Shown here piece by piece: positions 1 through 11,276 of a stretch of DNA of 64,000 bases (positions are counted from its first letter, which is position 1; each line of letters begins with the position of its first letter). Made by a program: the position numbers and the translations under genes. This stretch comes from Felis catus (lineage: Eukaryota). The notes beneath the pieces were generated by a model. It saw nothing but the letters and a program-made list of their open reading frames with translations. It was not told the DNA's origin and did no database searches. The stretch spans positions 58,840,001 through 58,904,000 of the forward strand of contig NC_058382.1 of the NCBI RefSeq assembly GCF_018350175.1. Reading direction: 5' to 3'.

Positions 1-83
1 TTCCTGTGTAAGTCCCACCACGCTGGCTTCAGAGTGGGGTCGTGGCGCCTCTCAACGCAGAGCAGGGGGAGTCCACAGTGCTG

Positions 84-668
84 GCACTGTCCCTGCTGGG
101 CCCGGTATGCAGTAGGTGCTCAGCACTGCCCCTGCTGGGCCCGGTATGCAGTAGACGCTCAGCACTGCCCCTGCTGGGCCCGGTATGCAGTAGGCGCTCC
201 GCACTGCCCCTGCTGGGCCCGGTATGCAGTAGGTGCTCAGCACTGCCCCTGCTGGGCCCGGTATGCAGTAGACGCTCAGCACTGCCCCTGCTGGGCCCGG
301 TATGCAGTAGGCGCTCCGCACTGCCCCTGCTGGGCCCGGTATGCAGTAGGCGCTCCGCACTGCCTCTACTGGGCCCGGTATGCAGTAGGCACTCATCACT
401 GCCCCTTCTGGGCCCGGTATGCAGTAGGCGCTCCGCACTGCCCCTGCTGGGCCCGGTATGCAGTAGGCACTCAGCACTGCCCCTGCTGGGCCCGGTATGC
501 AGTAGACGCTCAGCACTGCCCCTGCTGGGCCCGGTATGCAGTAGGCGCTCCGCACTGCCCCTGCTGGGCCTGGTATGCAGTAGGCGCTCCGCACTGCCCC
601 TGCTGGGCCCGGTATGCAGTAGGTGCTCAGCACTGCCCCTGTTGGGCCCAGTATGCAGTAGGTGCTCA
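84..668. repeat. 39-bp minisatellite (VNTR), 15 copies
   Basis: Unit GCACTGCCCCTGCTGGGCCCGGTATGCAGTAGG(T/C)GCTC(A/C) repeated head-to-tail 15 times (84 to 668 = 15 x 39). It explains the four overlapping 13-aa-periodic ORFs. Confidence 0.97.
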
Positions 669-714
669 GCAGGTGCTCCTGCAGCCACAGAGCTGGTATT
701 GGTGCTCATGGTCA

Positions 715-900
715 TGTCTGGGCTGCCCCAGAGCAGAGCACAGGATGAGGACTTTATCCAGGAAGTGATTCCAGGAAGCACCGTGAAGGGGTGAGGAGGT
801 GAGGGTGTGGGCAGTGGGCTCTGTCTCGGGGGGGCCTGAGGTGGCCCCGAGGGGCAAGGTAGCTGTTGCCGGCTGAGGCTTCCCTCAGCTTCCCGAGGCC
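715..900. mobile_element. Degraded ERVL-type LTR fragment (LTR16-like)
   Basis: GGGCTGCCCCAGAGCAGAGCACAGGATGAGGACTTTATCCAGGAAGTGATTCCAGGAAGCACC resembles the LTR16-family end as recalled. A similar stretch lies at 50345-50600. Confidence 0.4.
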
Positions 901-1074
901 GGAGGGACCCCCGGGGAGAAGGGAGGGAAGCCAGCCCGCAGGTGCCTCCCCATGGCCCGGGGCAGGTGGGCGGCCACCACCAGCAGCCACGGCGACATCA
1001 GCACAGACCCCATGGCCACATTTACACCAGGTCGGAGTGGGACAGATTTCCTCCTCTGGGTCGCATATGAGGGT

Positions 1075-1420
1075 CCTGGGGGCTTGAACCCACGGGAATC
1101 TCTCCCCCGTAAGACCGGCTGTGGGCAGAGCCAGGCTCCCTCCGGAGGCTCCAGTGGGGGCCGGGTGGGGGCGTCCTTCTGCCTCTTCCAGCTCAGGTGG
1201 CCCCAGGCGTCCTCTGCCTCTGCCTCTGTCCTCCGGGCCGGGGTCTCAGAGCCTTTTTCTTCTTCTTACGAGGACACTCTCCTCGATCAGATTCAGGACG
1301 GACTGATCTCGATCCTTACTCTCCCCGCATCTGCAGACACCCCGTTTTCAAGTCGAGGCACATTCACAGGCTCTGGGGCCAGGGGACGTACATTTTGGGG
1401 GACACCATGTGCCCCACTGC
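1075..1420 (-). mobile_element. MLT1 (ERVL-MaLR) solo LTR
   Basis: Typical MLT1 antisense motifs: GCCTCTTCCAGCT, CTTCTTACGAGGACAC, ATCTGCAGACACCCCGTTTTCAAGT, CACATTCACAGGCTCTGGGG, TTTTGGGGGACACCAT. Confidence 0.75.
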
Positions 1421-2504
1421 AGTGGCAGTCCGCGTTGGACAGAGCCTGCTTCAACGTCTCATCTCAGAGCTCCGTTCCTTCTCCTTGAGGCTGTCACCCC
1501 CACCGGGGTCAGCCAGCACCGCCCCCCACCCTGCACCCCACGAGGGCTGTGTCTGCTCACCCAGCACCTCCCTCGGGGCTTTGCAGGGGCTCCTTGGAGT
1601 GAATCTTTGTCCCAGGGGAGAATGGTCAAATGGGTGACGGAACCCAAGTCCAGGGAAAAAGATCCCCGCCTCCCAGGGACACATTGTGCGGGGCGGCCAG
1701 TGTCCTTTCTGTGAGCCCTCACCCTTCGGGGACCCCTGAAGGCAAACCCAAATGGCCTGCCCGCTGAGGGCTGGCCACCGGCGGCCTCTCCATCTGAAGG
1801 CTGGCCCCTTCCTTGGGCCCCCAGTGTCCCCCCAGGCCGCGGGGACCAGACGGCTCAGTGCAGGAGGGTCCCCAGAGTGGAGCCCTGAGCCCGCGGGAGG
1901 AAAAGCCAGGAGAAGACCAAGCCCAGCCCACCCCCCCGTCCAGCCCTGCGTCACAGGCCACATCTCCCTCCACCCCCAGAAAGGAGCCCGGGATGCGTGT
2001 GGCCAGTTCTGCGACGTTGCCAGCTTCCTGTCATTGCCCCTTAAAAAAGAGAAAATTCTCGTTGTTTTAGGATTAAGTAATCAGCATGCCATGTACTTCT
2101 CCAGACCACAACGGCAGGCCTGCTGAAGAGCCAGCATCCATACGACAAAGACAGCAGGCCCCGCGGCTGGGCCTGACCTGGGCCCCGGGGACGGTCCAAC
2201 CAGCCAGGCCCACGTCGGCTGGCGGCCGGAATGTGGAAGGGAGGGACAGCGAGGGCGGCCTCGGGGGCCCCGTGAGAATCACCGTGCTCCTCCGGACTCC
2301 GTTCTCTCCCCCACAGAACACACAGGCCCCAAGAGCACGGCCAGGCTCCCTGGGGGCCACAGCCGCTCAGAGCACCGACCGACGACTGTAGTCAATCTGC
2401 ATAAACAGCACTTGTAATCCAGGTGCGATTTACACCCCGTTTTTCCAGAGGCAGCAGCCGGGGCTCAGAGAGGCGAAGGAGCTTGCCCGAGGTCACACAG
2501 CTAG

Positions 2505-2735
2505 CCATTACCACGGTCACTTCTAGAACATTCCATCCCCTCGAAGAAAACTCTCCACCCTCAGCAGCCACGACTGCACGTCTATCCATCTCTAGGCGCC
2601 CACCTAATCGGGATATTTCATAGAAATGGGACCATACAACGTGGGACCTGCTGGGGCCAGCTTCTGTCACCTAGCACGCTATTTGCAGCCATGCCGTAGC
2701 ATGCGTCAGGGCGACATTCCTTTTTGTAGCCGCCC
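2505..2735 (-). mobile_element. L1MB-like 3' UTR fragment
   Basis: TTCTAGAACATTCCATC, GGATATTTCATAGAAATGGGACCATACAAC and CTTCTGTCACCTAGCA are L1M 3' antisense motifs. Confidence 0.65.
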
Positions 2736-2879
2736 GGAGGCTGGAAAGAGAAGACCGCGGAGCAGACCCAGACGCGGCCCAGGGCCGGCAGCAGCAGGGC
2801 AGGACTGGCTGCCCCAACACTGAGGCTGCTCGTCACACACAGCAACCTCTCCAGAGGCCGAAGGGGGCTGCGCGTGCAG

Positions 2880-3238
2880 GCGGTTTGGCATTTCCCACTG
2901 GAGTCTGGGTGGGCTTCCGACGGCCTCGACTGACCGAGCACAGCGGCGGTGATACTAGGCCGGCTCCGGACCTGGACTTTAAGAGGACCAAGTCCCTTTC
3001 CATGGCTCCTGGAAGCCCCGGTGTGGCCAAGTGGAGAGGGAGCCAGGGAGCAAGCCAGCTGCTCACGTCTTTCCAACGAGCCCCAGACATCACGGAGCAG
3101 AGACGGAGCAAGCTTGCCGTGTCTCTTCTGAATTCCCGACCCAGACCCACGAGGGAGGGAGACAGGGTGGTAATCAGTGATGGTTCCGAATCCCCGCTTG
3201 TTGGGATCATTTGTTACACGGCAACGGCAGGTGTAACA
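2880..3238 (+). mobile_element. MLT1-family LTR
   Basis: Ends in TTGGGATCATTTGTTACACGGCAAC...TAACA (MLT1 3' end); contains AGCCCCAGACATCACGGAGCAGAGAC and CTGAATTCCCGACCCA. Confidence 0.7.
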
Positions 3239-3419
3239 GCCAGAGTCACCGTCTCTGCTGCTTCGTCCGTCCCGTGACAACACCACCCTCGGCCCCTCTC
3301 CAAGCAAGACGCCTGGAAGTCCCGCCAGGAATCTATCCCGGCAAGAAGCCCGGGATGTCTGGGGACGCGTGCTGGCCTGCAGGGCACACTCGATGTGGAG
3401 GTTCGTGGCGGAGCGTCGG

Positions 3420-4880
3420 AATTAGGGTGCTATTTGCTCTCTAGGCACCTTTGGTGCGCAGAGGTGGGGCGGCGGGAGAGAGGGCAGGACACACACCGGT
3501 CAACGTTCCCACTCGCATAGAGGAAGGAGCCTAGAGCACTTCTCCATCCAGGTGGGTCCAGGAAGACGCTTCCCTGGGGTAGAAGACGCACCCTGACCGG
3601 GGCTCCCTGGCCTTCGTTCTCTTGTCCACAGCCCCTGGAAAGTTCTTCCTCGGCCTTCATCCTCCTGGGTCCCCTGAGGTGGACACTGGGGATGTGCCCT
3701 CTTCAGAGGCTGTACCTACCACTTCTCGGCCACCTTCCTCCTGTCGGCGGTGGGGGACCAAGCTTTCCAGTGGCAGTAAAACCCCCATCAAAAGTCAGGA
3801 GGCTTCTTGTCTAGCTGATGGCCACTGGCCTCATGAGGCGGTAAACGTGCCCACTGTGCATTTTGAGACACAGTGCTCACAAGGACATATTTCTGCGCAT
3901 CATCGTCTTCTCTTTCTGGAACTTGCCGGGCTCCTTTGGGAAGGTCTCACCATTAATCTCTGTCATGAGTCATTCCACCCGACCAAAAGGATTTACAGGC
4001 CACCGCACCATTAGTCTGCGCTCGGCCTCGAGAAAACTTAGCCAAAAATCAGTTTATAAGGTCTTCCCGGATCTCTGTCTCTCAGAGTTCTTCCAGCCTG
4101 GCTTTTTCTGTTGCCGGGTTGAGCGGAATCTGGCTTCTCAACGGGGCCAGATCTTTGGTTCGCCTCTGATTTGGGGGCAGAGGAGATGTTTTCTTGAGCT
4201 TGTCTATTTTTTTTGTCGGATTTTGCCAAGCGAGGCCGATGGCAGGTCCAGGTTTGTGCTGGGCTCCTACCCTTCTCCGAAGACGCATGCTCATTACGCA
4301 AGCCGAGTTAGCACCACACGCTGTTGGTCCCACGTTTCCCGCACCGGGTGCTCTTCCCCGTCTCTGCCGTCTGACCGCTGAGCTCACGCTGCATGTTTGA
4401 GCCGTTGTGATACCAACACCCCCCTCTGACATCAATTCCTGTGTTGGTCCAGACGGACCAGACTATGCTTTGGGAACAAACGAAACCCCCAAGTCCCCGA
4501 GGCTTAACGCAGCAAAGGTTTATTTCTCTCTCGCGATCATGTCCAGTGAGGGTCAGCAGGTGCCGTGCTCCCCGTGGTCCCGCAGGAGCCCAAGTTCTTG
4601 GTAACACCACTGTCCAGTAGCTGCAAGGTGTTCGAGCAGCAGACGCCGGCAAAGGAAGTTAAGTATCTCAGGGCCTTGCACTGTCTGCCTGCACGTGCTG
4701 CCGCTTCAATGGCCGGAACTGGTCGTCCCCGGTGACGGGGACCCTCCTGACAACTGGGGGGGCCCAGGGAGCGCGTGGGGTCAACTGGCTGGTGGGCACC
4801 ACTGCCTCTGCCACACGGGCCTCAGATACGGGACTGGACACATGTCGTGGCTTTCCAGGTGTGGCCAGTTCCCGGGGGTG
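3420..4880 (-). mobile_element. MLT1 LTR (about 4441-4880) with attached MaLR internal sequence (about 3420-4440)
   Basis: The LTR antisense end TGTGTTGGTC...ACTATGCT...GGCTTAACGCAGCAAAGGTTTATTTCTC abuts minus-strand ACACAGGAATTGATGTCAGAGGGGGGTGTTGGTATCACAAC, resembling the MLT1-int start. Further MLT1-int-like motifs follow (AAGAGGGCACATCCCCAGTGTCCACCTCAG, GGAAGAACTTTCCAGGGG). Confidence 0.6.
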
Positions 4881-4989
4881 GGGGGGGGGCACACAGTGTT
4901 GACATAAGAATGAGCTGACTGTCCCCAAACAGCCAACTTGACATAGAAAACAATCAGCAAGAAAACCGACAGCCAACAGGAAGAAGAAA

Positions 4990-6248
4990 AAAAAAATCTT
5001 GAAAGGGAAAAACAAGACTCGAGGCATCAATTCTGGACTTCAAGTTACATCACAAAGCTGTCATCATCAAGACAGTGTGGCCCTGGCACAAAAACAGACA
5101 CATGGACCCATGGAACAGACTAGAGAACCCGGGACTGAACCCCTAATTATATGGTCAACTCATCTTCGGCAAAGCAGGAAAGAACATCCAATGGGAAAAA
5201 GACCGTCTCTTCAGCAAGCGGTGCTGGGAAAACTGGACAGCGACATGCACAAGAATGAACCCGGACCACTTTCTTACACCATTCACAAAAATAAACTCAA
5301 AATGGATGAAAGTCCTAAATGTGAGACGGGAAACCATCAAAATCCTAGAGGAGAACGCAGGCAACAACCTCTTTATTGGTTGTAACAACTTCTTTCTAGA
5401 TACGTCCCCTGAGGCAAGGGAAACAAAAGCCAAATGAACCATTGGGACTACATCAAAATACAAAGTTTCTGGAGAGCAGAGGAAACAATCAACAAACCTA
5501 AAAGACAACCTATGGCATAGGAGAAGATGTTTGCACATGACCTGTCTGATAAAGGGTTGGTATCTAACATCTATAAAGAACTTCTCAAACTCAACACCCA
5601 AAAAACAAATCATCCAGTTAAGAAATGGGCGGAAGACATGAACAGACACTTCTCCAAAGAAGACATCCAGATGGTCAACAGACACATGAAAAGATGCTCA
5701 ACATCACTCATCATCGAGGAAATGCAAATCGAAACCACGGTGAGATCTCACCTCACGCCTGTCGGAACGGCTAAAATCAACAACACCCGAAACAACAAGA
5801 GTTGATGAGGATGTGGAGAAAGGGGAACCCTCTTGCACTGCTGGTGGGAGTGCACACTGGTGCAGCCGCTCTGGAAAGCAGTGTGGAGGTTCCTCAAAAA
5901 GCTAAAAGTAGAACTACCCTATGACCCAGCAATTGCACTAGTAGGTGTTTACCCAAAGGACACAAAAACACAGATTCGAAGGGGCACACGCACCCTAATA
6001 TTTATAGCACCATTATGTACAATGGCCAAGCTATGGAAGCAACCCAAATGTCCGTGGATAGACGAATGGATAAAGAAGGTGCCGTACATATACAAGGGAA
6101 TATTACTCAGCAAGAAAAAAGCATGAAATCTTGCCATTTGCAACAACGCGGATGGAGCTAGCGTTCTCCTAAGTGAAATAGTCAGTCACAGAAAGACAAA
6201 TACCGTATGATTTCACTCATATGTGGAATTTCAGAAACAGATGAGCAA

Positions 6249-6306
<58 letters not shown>

Positions 6307-6510
6307 CAAGAAAGACACTCCTAGTTCTAGAGCCTCTAGAGTTAACTCTAGAGAACACATGGATGGTGACCAGAGGGGTGGTGGGGGGGGGTGGTGAAAT
6401 GGCTGATGGGGATTCAGGGGCGCACCTGTTACACGGAAATGATGGCTCACTATATTGCACACCTGAATCTAGTATAACATTGTGTGTTAAGTCTTTCACA
6501 TATAAAAAAA
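4990..6510 (+). mobile_element. 5'-truncated carnivore-type LINE-1: disabled ORF2 C-terminal region, 3' UTR and A-tail
   Basis: Translated pieces match the L1 ORF2 C-terminus ([62 protein letters not shown]) with frameshifts and stops. The 3' UTR has a (GA)n tract at about 6252-6303 and an A-rich end. Confidence 0.93.
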
Positions 6511-9500
6511 GTTAGTGGTCTCTTTACCAGAGGTCCTGAATGCGACCGGCTTGTAAAAGTAGCAGCTTTGCCATTTGCAGGGTCAGCCGAGAAATTCGGG
6601 AAGGCTGTACGGGGCGGCAAGCGTCCAACACCCCCCACGCCGCAGCTGCCCTCGGAGGGGGCCCGCGGTCCGCCCCCTCACCCCGACTCAAGGGCGCCCT
6701 CTCAGACCTCGGCTCCTCTGACCGCCGCTGGCCGCCTGATGCCAACGCGACCGGCCACGCAGCTTGCCGGCCGGCACAGGATGTGTCGCGGCCCCGGAGC
6801 GCAGGGTGGTGAGAACCTGGTGCTGGTCAGCCCCTCTGCCCGGTGGTCAGATCTCGGCTCCGGACTCAGATGCCGTGGGGCCGCCTGCATTCAGGACTCA
6901 TCCATGTGGTCCTTCCCCCGCACGCTGAGGAGAGCCGTGCCCCTCAGCTAAAGGGCCCCGCTTCCCCCTGAGTCACAGCCCCTCCGGGGACAAGCACAGT
7001 TCTACAGGGCATCTCAGCTCACCCCTCCCGCTGCCCGCCCCGTATCCTGCACCCCTCCCCAGGTGCTGACCCCAGGTGCATGCCTGCACGCGGACCTCTG
7101 TCCCAGAAAACCCACCTGGGACACTTCCACGGGAGGTCCCATATCCTCCTTTTTCCACATCCATTCCTCTATCGAACCTTGGCTTCTTGGGGGGGGGTAC
7201 CCAGGAAGCCCCAGTATTTACAGCCACAAGAACGGAGCTCCCACCAAAGTCAGTTGGTGATCTCTCCCCTGAGATGGAGGAACGGCCAAAAGGGACTTTC
7301 TAATTACGCCGTTTAAAGAAAGAGTCAGAGTTTCTGTAACTGGGACTCACTCACACGACCACGGCTGTACCTGGAGCCACGCCTTCTGGAGCTTTCGTAC
7401 TCAGAGCCAACAGCTTTGGCAAAAGTCTCTGCCAGAGACCCCTGGGTGCGTCGACATGAGTCACCGGATCACGTGTCTTTGAATTCCCACCCACCTGTGG
7501 CTCTCCCCGGCCGCCAGCCCTCCACACCCTGCCAGTCCTCTGGCCTTTGCACATGCTGTTCCCTCTGTCTGAAATACCCTTCCCCATATGAACTCCACCT
7601 CCGTTTTCGAGATCCAATGCAAACTCCACCCCCTGTGTCTTCCTGCCCAACGGTCCCTGCCATTCTCCTACGGGTCTCGGGTTTCTTCCCTCAGCAACTT
7701 GTTACAGAAAATGCTGGTTGATGTGCACAGCCCCCTCCCCGCTCACCCCCAGGACCAGGAATTCCCCACCCTGCCCCCCCACCCCCCCGCCGGCCTTCGC
7801 GTACACGAGCAGGGCATTAGCACATTCAGCCTGCATCCCCAGGGCCTCGGCCGGCCTGGCACGGAGCTGCCTCTCCATCACTCTGAGCACATTTCGCTGG
7901 TGACCCAGGAGCTATTTTCCTAATTTCACAAAACCTAAGAGAACTTGCACATGAATCAAAACCAGAGTGACTCAGAGGTCAAGTTTCACTGCTTTGGGAA
8001 CCGGTCTTGCTGATTATCTCATGCTCTGATTGGCTGCCATGGTGCGGGCCTTGAATAAAGAACGGAGGAAGCTGTTATCATTTGGTAGCGAAAGGCGGTC
8101 TCCAAACTTGGATCGGAGGGGGTGTCGCTGGGAGGCGGCCGAGGCCGACAGCCTCTCCTCCAGGGAGCCACCCCAGATGCCACCACACGTGGGAGAGAGG
8201 ACAGGGCTAGGCCAGGCAAGCCCGGAGAGTTTAAAGTGACCCAAATAAAATGAGGCGTTCTAAAACGAACTTGCTTGTCCCGGGGCTAGTAGTGAACGCT
8301 GTGTAGACGCGGCTGCAGAGTGAGACGCAGGCTGTGGCCTCTGCCCTGGCGTCACTGTCGTTGTGGACCAAGCAGGGGCTGGGAAAGGCTGGCACCCCGT
8401 GCACAGCTGGGCTCAGCCCACCAAGGAGCCACGGCTCAACAGTGGCTGATGGCGGGAGAGAGGCTGTACGAGGAGGGGAACTCGAGGTCCTCAGCACTCT
8501 CCTTCGTGCCCGTGCCTGCATAAGTGCTTGAATGCCTCCCCCGACGGAGACCTCACTACGGCACTGGCAAGTGTCAGACAGTGTGTTAGGGTAAGGGGCG
8601 GGGTCTCACTGCTCTCTGAACCTCGTCTCCTCCGGTCCCTCCAGCAGCCCCGTGAGGCTCTCCTTGTTAGACCCTTTGCAGAAAGGGAGACGCCAGGGCT
8701 CACAGGAGCTTCTAAATGACCACCTCAAGCAGGGGGCCAAATCCAAAACCAGATGGGTCTAACGCCAAAGCTGAGTCTGATAAAGCTGAGTCCTGGTCCG
8801 CCGTCAGGAGCCTCGTCCCCTTTCTGCAGGTGACCATTCCCGGGCTAGGGAGGAGGGAAATGGGGCGCGGGTCCCTTCCCCTGTGTCCTCTCCTGGCCCG
8901 ACCCCTCTGCCGGGCTGAAACATCGGCCACGAGCAGGCCATTCCCCAGTCCGACCTTGGGCCGAGCGGCCTTCGGGTTTACCGTCCTTTTCATCAAAGGT
9001 GAGCTTGGATTTTGTTCATTTTGTCCGAGGGCACTGCAGCGGGGGGGTCCTCTGGTGCTTGGGGGGGTACATATCTCATCTAAAACCTAAGCAGACACGT
9101 TTCCACTCCCAGCAACGCTGGGGGACGACTGCTTTCAGCACACACACGTGTGAAAACAGCAAGGTGTCGTTACCGTAAGGGGGGGGCATCCTCGTCCTAA
9201 AGCCCACCCCGGGACTGGGCGCACGTGAGGCGCCCGCGGGGCGAGCCCGGCCCAGCATCCCTGAGGAACGGCTCCTGCTTTACCGTCAGTGCAACCAGGA
9301 GCCCCCGTACGAGCTCCCTTTTCACGTGAGGGAGCCGAGCACAGTAGGAGACGTTAATTCTCCCAAGTGGGGAGGTCAGATGGGCTTCCCCCAGGCCCCC
9401 GGGGCCACTTGGTAAGAATTGGTTGGCCAAAACGGACTGAATGACAAAAAGCCCGGGAAACCCAACTCAAAACGTGAACAAACAAACAGAACAAAAAGGT

Positions 9501-9947
9501 AGGAGGTGGGAATGAATCGATTATGATCTCAAGCGTTATCTCGTATTTTATAATGCAGTACGTAGCTTCATAACGTTTTAAAGCAGAGTTTTGGTCCCTA
9601 ACCAAAAAAAATAATTAACATGTAGGTGTGTGCACACACTCACACACACACTCTCACACACACACACAGAAGCCACTCCTTGACTCAGCACACTCTCGGC
9701 TGAACTCACTGGCCCACGCATCAGTCCGAACTTTCTGCGCCAGCTTTGACCCAGGAGCCGAGGCCGGACACTGAGCCTCGCGAACGACTTCGGCCCTGCA
9801 CGATCTCCACCGAAAACATATTTCCGCTTATCAGGAGATAACGGCATTTCCGCAAGGGACACGAGGAAGCGTCACGCTGGAGGCAGGACTGGCCCCAAGG
9901 GAGGACGTAGGCAGCGCTGTCTCTGCAGCCACGCCGTGCTCAGTGAC

Positions 9948-10340
9948 AGGGTCGGTGTCCCCTGGCTGCCGCCACCGATGGCCACAAACTGGCGGCTTAA
10001 GCCGCAGGCGTTTATTCTCTTACAGCTCCTGAGGCAGGGGGTCCTGAATCAAGGCTCCCCGGGAGGGGGGTCCTTCCTGCCTCTCCCAGCCTCTGCTCAC
10101 GGCCGCGTCCCTCCGGCCGTCGCCCTCGCACGGCCTCCCCTGCGTCCGTGCCTCCCCTCTTCTGTGTCTCGTAAGCACACGAGTCCCCGGACGCAGGGCA
10201 CACCCCACGTCCGGGGCGATCTCACCCCGAGATCCGGAATCACATCTGTGCGGAAGCCCACTTCCAAATCAGGGCGTGTGTGCAGGCTCTGGGGGCCAGG
10301 ATGTGGACACCCCTTTTGTGCGGGCACCGCGGTGACCACA
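9948..10340 (-). mobile_element. MLT1 solo LTR
   Basis: GGCTGCC...CCACAAACTGGCGGCTTAAG...TTTATTCTCTTACAGCTCCTGAGG...TCCTTCCTGCCTCTCCCAGC...AATCACATCTG...TTCCAAATCAGG. Confidence 0.8.
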
Positions 10341-11007
10341 GCCGGGTCGGACTTTGTTCTGAGAGGGAGGGTCTGAGGAGGGGGACGAGCTGATGCGGCC
10401 GTCCCCGCCTGCCCTGCTTTACGTCACAGCACTCAGGGCACACCCTCCAGAGCTTCTGAAGGGACGCGTGAAGGCACGAGGTCTCGCCTGAGCCCGCAGA
10501 GCCGCCCACGGGTGGACGCCTCACGACACCGAAGCCGGGTCGGAGCCAGGGTCTGCCCAGGCCACCGGGTCAGCGGCAAGGCGGAGTCTAGAGTTCTAGC
10601 CCTCTTGTCCCGCGGAGACCCAGCACTCTTCCCCATCGTCGCCCAGCCCCTCCTTGCCCTCCTCCCCTCCCCTCCCCTCCCCCTGCTCATCCTGTAATCA
10701 AACCCTCCTCCTCACCGTAATCATCTCCTTCCTCCTCCTCAGTACCACCATCATCACCATCCTCAACCAGGGCCGCTCCCACGAACGCACACTCTCCCCC
10801 TGCCTGGCACCGCGCCCAGCATCTCGCACCCACCGTCTAACTTCTCCACGACCCAGTGCGTCGCCCGCCGTCCTATCTCCAATTTACGGATGGCACAACC
10901 GAGGCTCCAGAGGCGGAACAGCTTCGCCGCGCGCTCACTCGTGACGGCACGCGGCGAAGCCAGGGTTCCAGTTTAACTCGCCTGACTCCTAAACCGGGGC
11001 GCAGAGC

Positions 11008-11276
11008 CAGTGGTGGGCAAACCGGGGCTCGTGAGCCAGATCTGGCCGGTGGCCTGCAGCCACATGCCGCGTCATGCTCACACCACCGAAAGCAGGGGAT
11101 TTTTCATGAGAGCGGGTGAAGTTTAACTGGAACACAACCACACCCATTCTTAAATGTATTGTCCACGGCTGCTTTCCGGCTTCCCCAGCAACGTTGAGTA
11201 ATCCAACAGAGTCCAACAGTTTGCAGAGTCTAAATATTTACGATCTGCCCTTTGCAAAAATGTTGGCTGAGCCCTG
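11008..11276 (+). mobile_element. MER58-like hAT-Charlie MITE
   Basis: Ends CAGTGGTGGGCAAAC and GTTGGCTGAGCCCTG; internal ACTGGAACACAACCACACCCATTC and AAATATTTACGATCTGCCCTTTGCA. Confidence 0.75.

Noticed and set aside
29..794. Four overlapping 190-250 aa ORFs with 13-aa repeats, and a superficial CRISPR-like periodicity
   Set aside because: They are by-products of a stop-poor 39-bp tandem repeat open on both strands. There are no unique spacers, no cas genes, and the context is eukaryotic.
5155..6146. ORFs resembling reverse transcriptase-associated protein
   Set aside because: They are frameshifted, 5'-truncated L1 ORF2 remnants, not an intact gene.
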